51,757 nt of DNA, taken from positions 1-51,757 of the IMG/VR virus record IMGVR_UViG_3300032117_000040; one strand, 5' to 3'. Below, one piece after another: positions 18,692-29,601 of the stretch (positions are counted from its first letter, which is position 1; each line of letters opens with the position of its first letter). The stretch comes from a virus (Duplodnaviria > Caudoviricetes). The position numbers and the translations under genes are program-made. Below the pieces are notes generated by a model. The model did no database searches and had not been told where the DNA came from. It saw only the letters and a program-made list of their open reading frames with translations.

Positions 18692-19713
18692 TGCGGTATT
18701 ACGAGATAACGATAACTCAAAGCCAAGCCAACCTTTCGGCGGGGAATAAAGCTTTTTCGCCGATCACGTTTTCCACGCTCAACTCTAGCGGATTGAACAA
18801 TCCATCTGCGTTAAAGGTTGAGATAGATGCTTTTCAGACTTACTATCATCAGCCATCACAACACAGTTTTTTAAGGATTTCTGGCGTGTCGTATGACATA
18901 TTGAAGCAAGGCAACAACTTCAATAACGCTAATATCAGCATCAAAGTAGGCATGAGCAAAGGTTTACCTTTTGCCACCCCTTCACAGCAGGGCGAAATCA
19001 TCAACGGGTCTATTTTTCAAGCCTTTGGAAATTGGCAAGGAAATATGGTAACGCTTGATCTGGTGATTTTGTCGTTCAACACAAACATACTTACACCAAC
19101 AAACTTAAGCTTCACATGGGATAAAGGCGTAAGTTTGGAGACAGCTATACGTACAACTTTGCAAAATGGATTTGGCACTTTCGATGCGAATGGTAAAAGA
19201 AGTGCTGCAAACGTGTTTGGAAACTTAGATGCTCGATTGATATACACAGAAACTCAGCCATATACGTATAACAGTTTGCAATCTTTTTCTTACGCAATGT
19301 GGAACATAAGTAAACAGATAATACCTGACCCTACTTATGCTGGCGTGGGTATATCCGCTATTTCAAGCGGATTTTTACTCGATGATGGCACAGCGCCAAT
19401 TGCAAAAACTGTTCAACTTCAATATCAAGATTTGATTGGCAACGTCACTTGGATAAACACTGCAACGATCCAAACAAAATTGGTGATGCGCGGCGATATA
19501 ACGATCGGCGACTACATCAAATTTCCAACCTACACACCTGTTAACGAAGTGGCGGGGAATAATTCGCAAGCCAGAAACAACCCTTCTTTTAGTGGCGTGT
19601 TCAGGGTCAACAAGATTCGCCACGTAGGTAATAGCCGACAAGCCGATGCAAACAGTTGGGTAACGATACTCGATTGCACGGTACAAAACACGCCAATGGA
19701 ATGGTACGATTAA
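18691..19713 (+). CDS. baseplate hub protein
   Basis: About 340 aa, beta-rich; HVGNSR..W.T motif; precedes the spike. Confidence 0.65.
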   Translation: MRYYEITITQSQANLSAGNKAFSPITFSTLNSSGLNNPSALKVEIDAFQTYYHQPSQHSFLRISGVSYDILKQGNNFNNANISIKVGMSKGLPFATPSQQGEIINGSIFQAFGNWQGNMVTLDLVILSFNTNILTPTNLSFTWDKGVSLETAIRTTLQNGFGTFDANGKRSAANVFGNLDARLIYTETQPYTYNSLQSFSYAMWNISKQIIPDPTYAGVGISAISSGFLLDDGTAPIAKTVQLQYQDLIGNVTWINTATIQTKLVMRGDITIGDYIKFPTYTPVNEVAGNNSQARNNPSFSGVFRVNKIRHVGNSRQADANSWVTILDCTVQNTPMEWYD

Positions 19714-19716
19714 ACC

Positions 19717-20355
19717 ATGCAAGCACAAAAGACCCCCTTTGCAATTGCAATAAACAATTTTACACAGGCCAAGATTGAGTCTTTTCAAGACGTGCTTGGC
19801 TATGTATTGCCGTGCTCTGTTGCAGCGGTAAACGGGTCTATGGTGACGGTGAACTTTGAGGTCTTGCCAAATGCAGACATCACTTTCCCTCAAGTCACGT
19901 GCCCTATAGCTGAAAGTCAATATGTGCGCCTTCCAGTACAAGTCGGCGACTTTGGAATTTGTTTGCAAGCAAGCACGCGCTTGGGTGGCATATCGGGGCT
20001 TGGCACAGGTAAAGCGCCTTTAGGTCTTCCCACTAATTTGGGTGGATTAGTGTTTCTACCTATAGGCAATACGAATTGGCAAACTGTTGATCCCAATGCA
20101 GTCAACATCAACGCGCCGAATGGCGTGGTGATCCGGGATACTAACAGCAACACGGTCATTACGCTGACACCTTCTGGTGTCGTTGTAAATGCAAAAACTT
20201 CTGTGATATTAGAAGTTGGCAGCAATTCAGTGGTGGTCAATTCGAGTGGCGTAACCATAACAGGCACGCTGACAATCAATGGTAAAGCTTACTTGTCCCA
20301 CGAACACAGTGGCGTTGCGACAGGCAGCAGTAACACAGGAACGGTCGTGCCATGA
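19717..20355 (+). CDS. baseplate central spike
   Basis: OB-fold-like PVQVGD.G, beta-helix repeats, terminal H.HSGV metal-binding motif. Confidence 0.8.
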   Translation: MQAQKTPFAIAINNFTQAKIESFQDVLGYVLPCSVAAVNGSMVTVNFEVLPNADITFPQVTCPIAESQYVRLPVQVGDFGICLQASTRLGGISGLGTGKAPLGLPTNLGGLVFLPIGNTNWQTVDPNAVNINAPNGVVIRDTNSNTVITLTPSGVVVNAKTSVILEVGSNSVVVNSSGVTITGTLTINGKAYLSHEHSGVATGSSNTGTVVP

Positions 20356-20672
20356 GAAACTACGGCGTAGACGCAAATAAAAATTGGGTTGAGATAACCG
20401 ACCCGAACTATGTATATTTGTCCGCAACAGCACAAGCTTTGCGGCTAAATTTAAACGAAAGTCCGATATATGGAAATTACGGTATTCCCGCACAACAATC
20501 TGTTGCAACACAAATTGCACCTAACGCGGCGATCGTTCGGACGCAGAATCAATATGCACCTTACTTCTCCAGTTTGGTGATAACAAATCAACAAAATACA
20601 CCTCAGCCAACCTATAATATCTCTGCAATTTTCCAGAATGGAGTGGTTGTGTCTTCGGTGGTCGCAAGTTAA
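20352..20672 (+). CDS. baseplate wedge (gp25-like) protein
   Basis: L.L..NESP.Y..YGIP motif; genomic position. Confidence 0.6.
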   Translation: MRNYGVDANKNWVEITDPNYVYLSATAQALRLNLNESPIYGNYGIPAQQSVATQIAPNAAIVRTQNQYAPYFSSLVITNQQNTPQPTYNISAIFQNGVVVSSVVAS

Positions 20673-20684
20673 ACAAAGGGCTTT

Positions 20685-22085
20685 ATGGCAACGATTACTT
20701 CCGCTGGTGCAATACCAGCCAATCCAACAGATCTATTGAATGCGGAACTTGCCGCTGCGCAAGCTCTTTCACCCGGTTTGACTGCTAATCTGCCCGGTTC
20801 TTTAGTGGAAGATATGGCCAGTACAGCGACAGGCGCTTTGGTCGTTCAAGATCAGGCTTATGTTGATTTGGTCAATTCTATTAGCCCTTATACGGCCAAC
20901 CCATTCGTCTTGTATCAACTTGGCGCTGTATATGGCGTGCAGCAAGGCGTAGGCTCAAACACTTCTGTTTATGTGACTTTTACAGGTTCTGCCGGATTTG
21001 TGATTCCGGTAGGTTTCACCGTATCTGACGGTACTCATCAATATACGGTTCAAGACGGAGGAATCATCAGCGCAAATGGACAAAGCACCGCGCTGTATTG
21101 TTTGGCGACAGTTGCGGGTTCTTGGTCTGTGCCTGCGGGTACTGTGACTCAGATCATTAGCTCCTTGCCTTCGGGCTATTCTTTAACTTGTACCAATTTG
21201 AGCGCAGGACTGCCCGGCGCCACAGCTCAAGCCGTATCCGACTACCGCGCGCAAGTTATTCAAGCTGGGTTGGCAACGGCACAAGGCGTGCCTCAGTTTT
21301 TAAAAACGCTGTTGTTAGAAGTTAATGGAGTCCAGCCAAATTTGGTGTCTGTTCGCAATATCGGAACGGCACAGTGGGAAGTAATTTGCGGAGGAGGAGA
21401 CCCATATCAAATAGCAAACGCTATTTTTGAAGGGGCTCCTGACATATCAATGTTGGTGGGGTCTACATTGTCAGTAACCGGAATCACGCAAGCTAACCCC
21501 GGCGTCGTGACGACTAATTTGAATCACGGGTATACGACAGGCCAAGTCGTCACGATTGCTGGTGTTACACCCAGCGCATATAACGCGAGTTATACGATCA
21601 CAGTGCTGTCGAATAAAACTTTCAGTATAGGTGTTAACACTACTGGATATTCGGCATACTCATCCGGCGGCGTGGTAACACCTAATTTGCGCAATGTCAC
21701 TGTGTCGGTGAATGACTACCCAGATACTTACAACATCACATTTGTAAACCCTCCCGTCCAGACTGTTCAAGTTGCCTTGACTTGGAACACAACGTATGCG
21801 AACTATGTGTCGCCGTCTACGATTGCTTCTTTGGGGGCTCCTGCGATTGTCAGCTACATTAACAGCATTGCTGTTGGCCAACCCATCAATGGATTTGAAC
21901 TTCAGGCTGTATTTCAGAATGCCATCGCTGCGGTAATTCCTCCCGCATATCTGTCGCGGATGTTGTTTACCATCACAATTGCAGGCGTGGTGACTTCTCC
22001 TACGTCTGGAACTGCACTGTATTATGGCGATCCTGAAAGTTACTTCTCTACTTCAGCAGCCTTGGTAGCGATCACACAAGGGTAA
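20685..22085 (+). CDS. baseplate J-like wedge protein
   Basis: VTFTG.AG..IP.G, VPAGT and DYRA motifs. Confidence 0.85.
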   Translation: MATITSAGAIPANPTDLLNAELAAAQALSPGLTANLPGSLVEDMASTATGALVVQDQAYVDLVNSISPYTANPFVLYQLGAVYGVQQGVGSNTSVYVTFTGSAGFVIPVGFTVSDGTHQYTVQDGGIISANGQSTALYCLATVAGSWSVPAGTVTQIISSLPSGYSLTCTNLSAGLPGATAQAVSDYRAQVIQAGLATAQGVPQFLKTLLLEVNGVQPNLVSVRNIGTAQWEVICGGGDPYQIANAIFEGAPDISMLVGSTLSVTGITQANPGVVTTNLNHGYTTGQVVTIAGVTPSAYNASYTITVLSNKTFSIGVNTTGYSAYSSGGVVTPNLRNVTVSVNDYPDTYNITFVNPPVQTVQVALTWNTTYANYVSPSTIASLGAPAIVSYINSIAVGQPINGFELQAVFQNAIAAVIPPAYLSRMLFTITIAGVVTSPTSGTALYYGDPESYFSTSAALVAITQG

Positions 22086-22088
22086 AAC

Positions 22089-22718
22089 ATGATTACCCAA
22101 ACATTGCCTGCATATCTGTACCAACAATGGCAAGACCCAGATAGGGTTTCTCAAGCATCGATTGATAGCTTGAATGCGCTGTTCACTGCGTACAACCAGC
22201 TATCGCAGGCCAATCTGAACACCATCAACGCATTGAATTTGCCAATCTATACGAACTCAGTGATTTCTGGCGTATTGTTAGATTGGGTAGGCACAAATTT
22301 GTATGGTCTACCTAGACCATCGGTATCTTCGCCGATAGTGTTTTCAAATCAAGGCGTATACAACACAGAAGCATACAACACTGACGCCTTTAATGAAAAC
22401 GGCATAGCTTCGCCCAGTTCATCTTATGTAGTTACGGACGACTATTACAAAAGAATATTGACGTGGGATTTCTATAAAGGCGATGGTTTTCAATACAACA
22501 CAAATTGGCTAAAAAGGCGTGTAGTAAGATTTTTGAATGGGGTGAATGGCGTTGCGCCTAATATCGACAACACTTACGGTGTTAGCGTTACGTACACATC
22601 ACTTAGCCAGATCACAATCACAATTTCCACAGCGTCAGCAGCTAAAACTTTTTTGGCTGCGGCTATACAGGATGGCATTTTGAATGTACCATTCCAATAC
22701 ACCTACACCGTCGCTTAA
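22089..22718 (+). CDS. baseplate wedge protein (DUF2612-like)
   Basis: G..LDWVG..LYG..R and DDYYKRIL motifs. Confidence 0.75.
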   Translation: MITQTLPAYLYQQWQDPDRVSQASIDSLNALFTAYNQLSQANLNTINALNLPIYTNSVISGVLLDWVGTNLYGLPRPSVSSPIVFSNQGVYNTEAYNTDAFNENGIASPSSSYVVTDDYYKRILTWDFYKGDGFQYNTNWLKRRVVRFLNGVNGVAPNIDNTYGVSVTYTSLSQITITISTASAAKTFLAAAIQDGILNVPFQYTYTVA

Positions 22719-22727
22719 GGTATTGAC

Positions 22728-23858
22728 ATGATCACACTTTTTGCCAACAACGCAAAAACTACACTGGCGTCATCCATCACCAGTACTGCTACGTCAATTA
22801 CCGTGGCTTCTGGAACAGGCACGCTTTTTCCGAGTCCTTCTACTGGCCAAGGTTTCAGAATAACGCTCAATAGCGTATCTACTCCAACACTATACGAAAT
22901 TTGTATTTGTACAGCTCGTTCAGGAGATACTTTGACGGTTATCCGAGGCCAAGAAGGAACTACGGCATCTCCGTTTTCTCTGAACGACATTGTTGGAAAT
23001 TATGATACTGCCGCAACAATGGCAGATTTAGTTCAGTCTGAACAATTGCAAGCTCAAACATATCTGTACGCTGTTGCTACAGGAACAGGGAACGCGCTAT
23101 CTGCCACCATACCTTCAAATCTGACAGCTATCCCCGATGGCATGTCTATTGTTGTCAAATCTACCGCAGCAAATACGGGCGCAGCGACTCTGAATTTGAC
23201 TTTAGGTTCTACAGTGACAGGTGCTATACCTATTGTTTTAAGTAACGATGCGGCTCTGGTAGGTGGAGAAATACCCGGCGCCGGATACCCCATCACTTTG
23301 TCTTACAGTTCTACGTATGGTGCGTGGGTTATCACAGACGGCAGCGTAAACTTCTCTTTGTATGCGCCAATTAATAGCCCTACATTCACTGGAGTTCCGG
23401 CAGCGCCTACACCCAGCAACTCAGATAGCAGTACAAAATTGGCGACAACTGCGTATGTGCAAAATAATTTAGCAAACTATGCGCCCATATACAGTCCAAC
23501 TTTGACAGGCACGCCAGCTGCACCAACCGCATCAACAGGCACTAATTCAACCCAGCTTGCGACAACAGCTTTTGCAAATAATGCGGGAATTGGAAGTACA
23601 GTTCAATCTTATCAGGATGTCACTTCTAGTAGAAGTCAAAACACTGTTTATTACAACACCACAGGTAAGCCAATACAAGTTTACATTTATGAAACTTATG
23701 TTAACAGCGTAGGAGTGTTAGTTAACGGCTCTTATGCCATACCTGTTGGCGATAATACGAGCAATTCAGTTATTTCTTTTCTTGTACCTGTTAATGGAAG
23801 CTATGAGTTAGTTGTTAACACTAGCATCTCCATTAGCGCATGGATAGAACTTCGTTAA
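22728..23858 (+). CDS. tail fibre protein (shorter)
   Basis: Two SPT(F/L)TG.PAAPT...LATTA(Y/F) repeats; N-terminal RGQEGT domain; YYNTTGKPI tip domain. Confidence 0.85.
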   Translation: MITLFANNAKTTLASSITSTATSITVASGTGTLFPSPSTGQGFRITLNSVSTPTLYEICICTARSGDTLTVIRGQEGTTASPFSLNDIVGNYDTAATMADLVQSEQLQAQTYLYAVATGTGNALSATIPSNLTAIPDGMSIVVKSTAANTGAATLNLTLGSTVTGAIPIVLSNDAALVGGEIPGAGYPITLSYSSTYGAWVITDGSVNFSLYAPINSPTFTGVPAAPTPSNSDSSTKLATTAYVQNNLANYAPIYSPTLTGTPAAPTASTGTNSTQLATTAFANNAGIGSTVQSYQDVTSSRSQNTVYYNTTGKPIQVYIYETYVNSVGVLVNGSYAIPVGDNTSNSVISFLVPVNGSYELVVNTSISISAWIELR

Positions 23859-23867
23859 GGATTAAAA

Positions 23868-24158
23868 ATGAAATTTTATAGATCACAAGATGGAAAAATT
23901 CATGCCTTTGAAAGTGACGGTTCTCAAGACCATCTTATTCCCGACAACGCTACTTTGATTGATAAAAATCAAATTGAAGCTATAAATGACGCGCGACAGA
24001 AAGCTGCCATAGATTCATTGTCATACGCACAAAAAAGAGCTCTTGAATACCCTGATTTTCACGATTATCTTGACGGAATCGTAAAAGATGATCAAACACA
24101 AATCCAAGCTTACATTGCAGCTTGTCAGGCTGTAAAAGCGAAACATCCTAAACAGTGA
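23868..24158 (+). CDS. tail fibre assembly chaperone
   Basis: Follows the fibre; KR..EYP...LD..VKAKHPK motif. Confidence 0.6.
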   Translation: MKFYRSQDGKIHAFESDGSQDHLIPDNATLIDKNQIEAINDARQKAAIDSLSYAQKRALEYPDFHDYLDGIVKDDQTQIQAYIAACQAVKAKHPKQ

Positions 24159-24168
24159 GGAGAAATAC

Positions 24169-24441
24169 ATGAATTACGGAAGCCCAATCACAGGAACTTT
24201 GACAACAACAACAGCTGTTGTCGCTTTGCCAAACCCCGGCATTCAATACCCCGCAACGCTAATTCTTAACTCATCGAACGGAAGCCGAGCAATCCAACTT
24301 TCTTTTGACAATGGTACGACTTACTATTCAGCTGTCACACCAACTTTGACTGAAACAGGTCAACTGGTTTATGCGCTGACGTATCCTGCTACCACTGTCA
24401 AATTTACTGGTGCGGCTAACGACACTTACACAATTTTGTAA
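24169..24441 (+). CDS. small beta-rich structural protein
   Basis: 90 aa, Thr-rich, GAGGAG RBS. Confidence 0.55.
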   Translation: MNYGSPITGTLTTTTAVVALPNPGIQYPATLILNSSNGSRAIQLSFDNGTTYYSAVTPTLTETGQLVYALTYPATTVKFTGAANDTYTIL

Positions 24442-24465
24442 AAACAAGTTTCGCTTGAGGACTGT

Positions 24466-27400
24466 ATGACCACTTTATTATTTGCAAATCAAGCGCAAAC
24501 TGCTCTTGCTCTTCCGATTGCAAGCACCGACACAACCATCACTGTTGCGGCGGGAACTGGGTCATACTTTCCAGCACCTTCTACAAATCAAGCAATTAAA
24601 TTGACGCTTGTTAGTACGCAAAGTCAACTCATTAATGAAATTGTCCTTTGCACTAACATAGCTGACGACGTATTGACTGTACAGCGAGGACAAGAAGGTA
24701 CAGTTGCTAAAGCTTGGGCTGTTGGCAGTTATGTTATTAACTTGATGACTGCTGGAACTGGTAACGCTTTTGCACAAATATATGGTTTGGAAAATGGTCT
24801 TTATTCAGCATCATTTTCAAACATGCTTACCCAAACAGGGCAGGTAATTTCCGCGCCAACACAAGCCACTGATTTGGTAAACAAGGCTTATGCAGATTCA
24901 ATTTCGCAAGGAACTTCAAAAGGCGAATGTCAATGCGCGACAACTACTGCAATTACTTTGTCAGGATTGCAAGTCATTGACGGATACACCACTTTGGCGG
25001 GCGACAGGGTTCTTGTAAAAAATCAATCAAATCAAGCTGATAACGGTATTTATGTTGCGAGCACTACGGCTTGGGCTAGATCAAACGATATGTCGGCATG
25101 GTCACAAGTACCCGGCGCTTCGACATTTGTTCAAAACGGCACTCTCTATACCAACACTGGCTGGAATGTGATCGCGCCCGAGTCGGGGACAATTGGAGTC
25201 ACTCCTATTGTTTGGACTCAGTTCTCAGGTATGGGCACTTATACCGCTGGTACGGGTTTGACATTAACTGGAACACAGTTCAGCATCACAAATACAGGTG
25301 TGGCCGCTGGTTCTTATGGTGTTGCGGCATCAGTGCCAACACTGGTTTTGAATGCACAAGGTCAAGTAACCAGTGCATCAAATACACCAATCAGCATTGC
25401 TCCAAGTCAAATCAATGCGCCGATTCCAAATTCAAGTTTGCAAAATTCATCAGTGACTATTGGTTCGACCAATTTGGCGCTTGGTGGAACTTTGACGACT
25501 CTTGCAGGCGTCAATATTAGCGGTTCGACGAACACGCTGACAAATATTCCAAACTCTGCGTTGAGTAACAACTCAGTTACTTATAACGGTGTGACTGTTG
25601 CATTAGGTGGAAGCGGGACAATTACTGCCGCTACAGTACATCCTTTGACTTTTGGAACTGGATTAAACAGCGGAAGTTTTGACGGTTCGGCTTCTCAAAC
25701 AGTTTCTATTGCGAACACGGCTGTGACTGCTGGGTCTTATGGCTCGGCTGGCTCGGTTGGCACTTTTACGGTAAATGCCCAAGGCCAACTGACCGCCGCT
25801 TCAACTGTCTCTATCGCAATCAGCAATACCCAAGTCTCAGGCTTGGGAACAATGTCCACCCAAAATGCAAATTCTGTTGCAATTACAGGCGGGACGATTT
25901 CGGGAGTTTCTTTAACTCTTGACAGTTTGGACAATACGCCAATCGGAGCAACAACTCCTAGCACTGGTAAATTCACAACATTGAGCGCCTCGGGTGTGGT
26001 CACTCTTGGAAATTACACAGGTTATGTATATGCCAATGGCGGCAGTCAAATCAGTGTTCAAACCACCATTCCAAATTCAGGATTGACTTATTCGTCAATC
26101 ACAATCAATGGAAATGCGGTTTCTTTGGGCGGCTCAACAACTGTGACCGCTGACACACCCAATGCTTTGACATTCAACAACAGCGGGTCAGGTGCGGCAT
26201 CAGGTTCAACTTTTAATGGCAGTTCACCTGTCACCATTTCCTATAACTCTGTTGGTGCATCGCCCTTGGCTGGTTCTACCAGCTTGGTCACGCTCGGCAC
26301 TGTTACAACAGGAACTTGGAATGCAACAACAATTACACCTTCTAATGGTGGAACAGGTGCAACAACATTAACTGGTTATGTGTACGGCAATGGTACAGGC
26401 ACGATGACAGCATCGACCACCATTCCTACAACAGCCCTTTCAGGAACTATTACAAACGCTCAATTAGCCAACAGCACCATTTCAAGTGTTTCGCTTGGGT
26501 CTAATTTGTACAGCTTGACATTTGGAACTCATTTGACAGGCAGTTCCTACAATGGTTCATCGGCTGTGACAATCGCCACTGATGCAACAAATGCAAACAC
26601 AGCATCAACCATTGTGGCTCGAGATGCTTCAGGCAACTTTAGTGCTGGAACAATCACAGCCAATTTGACAGGAACTGCGACCCAAGTTTCCAATTCCTTG
26701 ACCATTGGAACAGGATTGACAGGAACATCCTACAACGGAGGTTCAGCGGTCACTATTGCACTTGGTAATGTGGGAACAGCGGGTACTTACGGTTCATCGT
26801 ATCAAGTTCCTGTTATCACCACTAATGCACAAGGTCAAATTACTGCGGTAACAAATACAACCATCAATGCGGTCACTTTGACCACTGGTTCTATTTCTTC
26901 AGCCCCTGTAAATACGACCGACATTGCAAACAAGTTGTATGTTGACACAGTAGCTCAAGGTCTTGCTCCTAAATCCCCAGTTTTGGTTGCAACAACTGCA
27001 AACATTACATTGTCAGGCGAACAAACTATTGATGGTGTGACAACATCTTCAAGCCGAGTTTTGGTTAAAAACCAATCGCTGTCTCAAAACAATGGTATTT
27101 ATGTTTCTTCCTCGGGCGCATGGACTCGCTCATCGGATGCAAATACATGGAGTCAGTTGGTTTCTGCGTTTGTGTTTGTGGAAGAAGGTACAACACAAGC
27201 TGACACTGGGTGGACTTGTACAGTTGACCCGGGCGGCACTCTGGGCACTACCCCCGTCACTTGGGTTCAATTTAGTGGCGCTGGCACTTATTTGGCTGGC
27301 ACAGGACTGACGCTGACAGGTAACACATTCAGCATCACCAACACTACTGTGAGTTCTGGTTCTTATGGCTCTGCCACTCAGGTCGGCACTTTCACTGTCA

Positions 27401-29592
27401 ATGCTCAAGGTCAGCTGACAGCGGCTAGTAATACAACAGTGACACCAGCTGTGACTTCAATCACAGGATTGGGAACAGGCGTTGCAACTGCTCTTGCTTT
27501 AAATACTGGCAGTGTTGGCGCTTTTGTGGTCAATGGCGGCGCATTGGGTACACCTTCTTCGGGTACTTTGACCAATGCTACTGGATTGCCTTTGACAACT
27601 GGGGTGACAGGAGTTTTGGCTGTTGCCAATGGTGGAACTGGAGTCACGGCATCCAGCGGTGCAAATTCAGTTGTTTTGCGTGATGCCAATGCAAACATCA
27701 ATGCAAATTGTGTTTTTGAAGGTTTTACTTCACAAGCCGCAAGTGGGACAGCAATTGTTTTGACAGTTGCATCGGTTCAAAATTGGTTGATTACAGGTTC
27801 AGGCGGTCAAACAATTCAATTGCCTGATGCAACAACATTGCCAAATGGTGCATTGTTTACTTTTAACAATAACCAATCGTCAGGCACGATTGTTATTAAA
27901 AACAATTCGGGAACAACAGTTTGCACTACCCAATCGGGCGCATATATTCAAGTTGTTTTGATAAGCAATTCGATTGCGGCTGGCTCTTGGGATTACCATA
28001 ATGTTGCGCCATCAAATGCAAGTTGGTCTACCAATACACTTTCTTGGGCTGGTTCATATACTAATGGCACTTGGAATGGCAATGCGATTGGTGCGGCTTA
28101 TGGTGGAACTGGCGCAACATCATTGACGGGGTATGTGTATGGAAATGGAACAGGTGCAATGACTGCATCGACAACCATACCAACAACAGCATTATCAGGA
28201 ACTATTAGTAATAGTCAATTAGCTAACAGTACCATTTCGGGTGTTTCTCTTGGCTCAAACTTGAATGCCTTGACAATTGGCACTGGCTTGACAGGAACAA
28301 GTTACAACGGTTCTTCGGCTGTCACGATTGCTCTTGGCACTACAGCTGTCACAGCTGGCTCATATACAACAGCAAACATTACTGTTGATGCTTACGGTCG
28401 AATCACAGCCGCATCAAATGGCGCTGGTGGTGTGACTTCTTTCAACACTAGAACAGGCGCTGTAACGCTTACTTCTAGCGATGTCACTACTGCTTTGACT
28501 TATACGCCTGTCCAATCGGTCAGCGGCACGACAGGTCAAATTTCATCTACTGGTGGAACAACTCCAGTATTGGCTTTGTCAACAACGGCTGTGACCGCAG
28601 GTTCTTATACAGCAGCGAACATTACCGTTGATGCTTACGGTCGAATCACAGCCGCATCTAACGGTTCAGGTAGTTCGGGCACTGTGACAAGTGTTTCTGT
28701 TGTTTCCGCAAACGGTTTTGCTGGAACTGTTGCAACCGCAACAACTACACCCGCAATTACTTTAAGCACAAGTATCACTGGCGTTTTATACGGCAATGGA
28801 ACTGCGCTTTCTGCGGCTACTGGCTCTCAAATTGCAACAGCAATTGGAACAACAGCTGTAACAAACTCAACCAATACAACCAATATTTTGGGTGGTGCGG
28901 CTGGCTCTTTGGCATACAACACAGGTTCGGGAGCGACTTCATTCCTTGCTCTTGGCACTTCAGGTTATGTTCTAACAGCTGGCGCAAGCGCGCCTACTTA
29001 TGTTGCGCCAAGTACTTTAACTGTTGGTACAGCAACTAACGCTACCCAGTTGAATGGACAATCCGCAAGCTACTACACCAATGCTTCCAATCTTGCATCA
29101 GGAACTGTGCCAACTGCAAGACTTGGTTCAGGCACTGCTTCCAGTTCTACATATTTGCGTGGCGACCAAACCTATGCAACTCCTGTAACTTCAATTTCTG
29201 CTGGCACTGGCATTTCTGTTAGTGCATCCACTGGTGGTGTGACCATTACAAATAGTTCTCCTATGAGTGGCGGCGTTTGTCAATTGTGGGTTAACTTTAA
29301 TGGAACTATAAGCGGCACAAACTCACCAAGGGCTTCTTTAAATGTAAGTTCAGTTACTTACAATGGAACAGGTGATTACACGGTAAACTTTTCAATAACG
29401 CTTGCTGATACAAACTATGCGTATGTTACGGGCGTGAACAACGGGGTTGACGGTTCTGGCTCGGGATATGCTGGTATTCAAGGAAGCAGAAAAACAGCGC
29501 CAGCAACGACATCTTTGCGTTTGACAGGTTTTGGAACTGATACTGGTTCGGCGCAAAACCAACTCACTGTTAATGTGGCAATTTTTAGATAA
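24466..29592 (+). CDS. long tail fibre protein
   Basis: 1708 aa, Thr/Gly/Ser rich; two RVLVKNQ..NGIYV modules; repeated V.A.G..T.AS units; WVNFNG C-terminal domain. Confidence 0.85.
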   Translation: MTTLLFANQAQTALALPIASTDTTITVAAGTGSYFPAPSTNQAIKLTLVSTQSQLINEIVLCTNIADDVLTVQRGQEGTVAKAWAVGSYVINLMTAGTGNAFAQIYGLENGLYSASFSNMLTQTGQVISAPTQATDLVNKAYADSISQGTSKGECQCATTTAITLSGLQVIDGYTTLAGDRVLVKNQSNQADNGIYVASTTAWARSNDMSAWSQVPGASTFVQNGTLYTNTGWNVIAPESGTIGVTPIVWTQFSGMGTYTAGTGLTLTGTQFSITNTGVAAGSYGVAASVPTLVLNAQGQVTSASNTPISIAPSQINAPIPNSSLQNSSVTIGSTNLALGGTLTTLAGVNISGSTNTLTNIPNSALSNNSVTYNGVTVALGGSGTITAATVHPLTFGTGLNSGSFDGSASQTVSIANTAVTAGSYGSAGSVGTFTVNAQGQLTAASTVSIAISNTQVSGLGTMSTQNANSVAITGGTISGVSLTLDSLDNTPIGATTPSTGKFTTLSASGVVTLGNYTGYVYANGGSQISVQTTIPNSGLTYSSITINGNAVSLGGSTTVTADTPNALTFNNSGSGAASGSTFNGSSPVTISYNSVGASPLAGSTSLVTLGTVTTGTWNATTITPSNGGTGATTLTGYVYGNGTGTMTASTTIPTTALSGTITNAQLANSTISSVSLGSNLYSLTFGTHLTGSSYNGSSAVTIATDATNANTASTIVARDASGNFSAGTITANLTGTATQVSNSLTIGTGLTGTSYNGGSAVTIALGNVGTAGTYGSSYQVPVITTNAQGQITAVTNTTINAVTLTTGSISSAPVNTTDIANKLYVDTVAQGLAPKSPVLVATTANITLSGEQTIDGVTTSSSRVLVKNQSLSQNNGIYVSSSGAWTRSSDANTWSQLVSAFVFVEEGTTQADTGWTCTVDPGGTLGTTPVTWVQFSGAGTYLAGTGLTLTGNTFSITNTTVSSGSYGSATQVGTFTVNAQGQLTAASNTTVTPAVTSITGLGTGVATALALNTGSVGAFVVNGGALGTPSSGTLTNATGLPLTTGVTGVLAVANGGTGVTASSGANSVVLRDANANINANCVFEGFTSQAASGTAIVLTVASVQNWLITGSGGQTIQLPDATTLPNGALFTFNNNQSSGTIVIKNNSGTTVCTTQSGAYIQVVLISNSIAAGSWDYHNVAPSNASWSTNTLSWAGSYTNGTWNGNAIGAAYGGTGATSLTGYVYGNGTGAMTASTTIPTTALSGTISNSQLANSTISGVSLGSNLNALTIGTGLTGTSYNGSSAVTIALGTTAVTAGSYTTANITVDAYGRITAASNGAGGVTSFNTRTGAVTLTSSDVTTALTYTPVQSVSGTTGQISSTGGTTPVLALSTTAVTAGSYTAANITVDAYGRITAASNGSGSSGTVTSVSVVSANGFAGTVATATTTPAITLSTSITGVLYGNGTALSAATGSQIATAIGTTAVTNSTNTTNILGGAAGSLAYNTGSGATSFLALGTSGYVLTAGASAPTYVAPSTLTVGTATNATQLNGQSASYYTNASNLASGTVPTARLGSGTASSSTYLRGDQTYATPVTSISAGTGISVSASTGGVTITNSSPMSGGVCQLWVNFNGTISGTNSPRASLNVSSVTYNGTGDYTVNFSITLADTNYAYVTGVNNGVDGSGSGYAGIQGSRKTAPATTSLRLTGFGTDTGSAQNQLTVNVAIFR

Positions 29593-29601
29593 GGAAAAAT
29601 A

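Noticed and set aside
24466-29592. Diversity-generating retroelement in the tail fibre repeats
   Set aside because: No reverse transcriptase is present, and the repeats are in-frame with mostly third-position differences, not adenine-specific ones.
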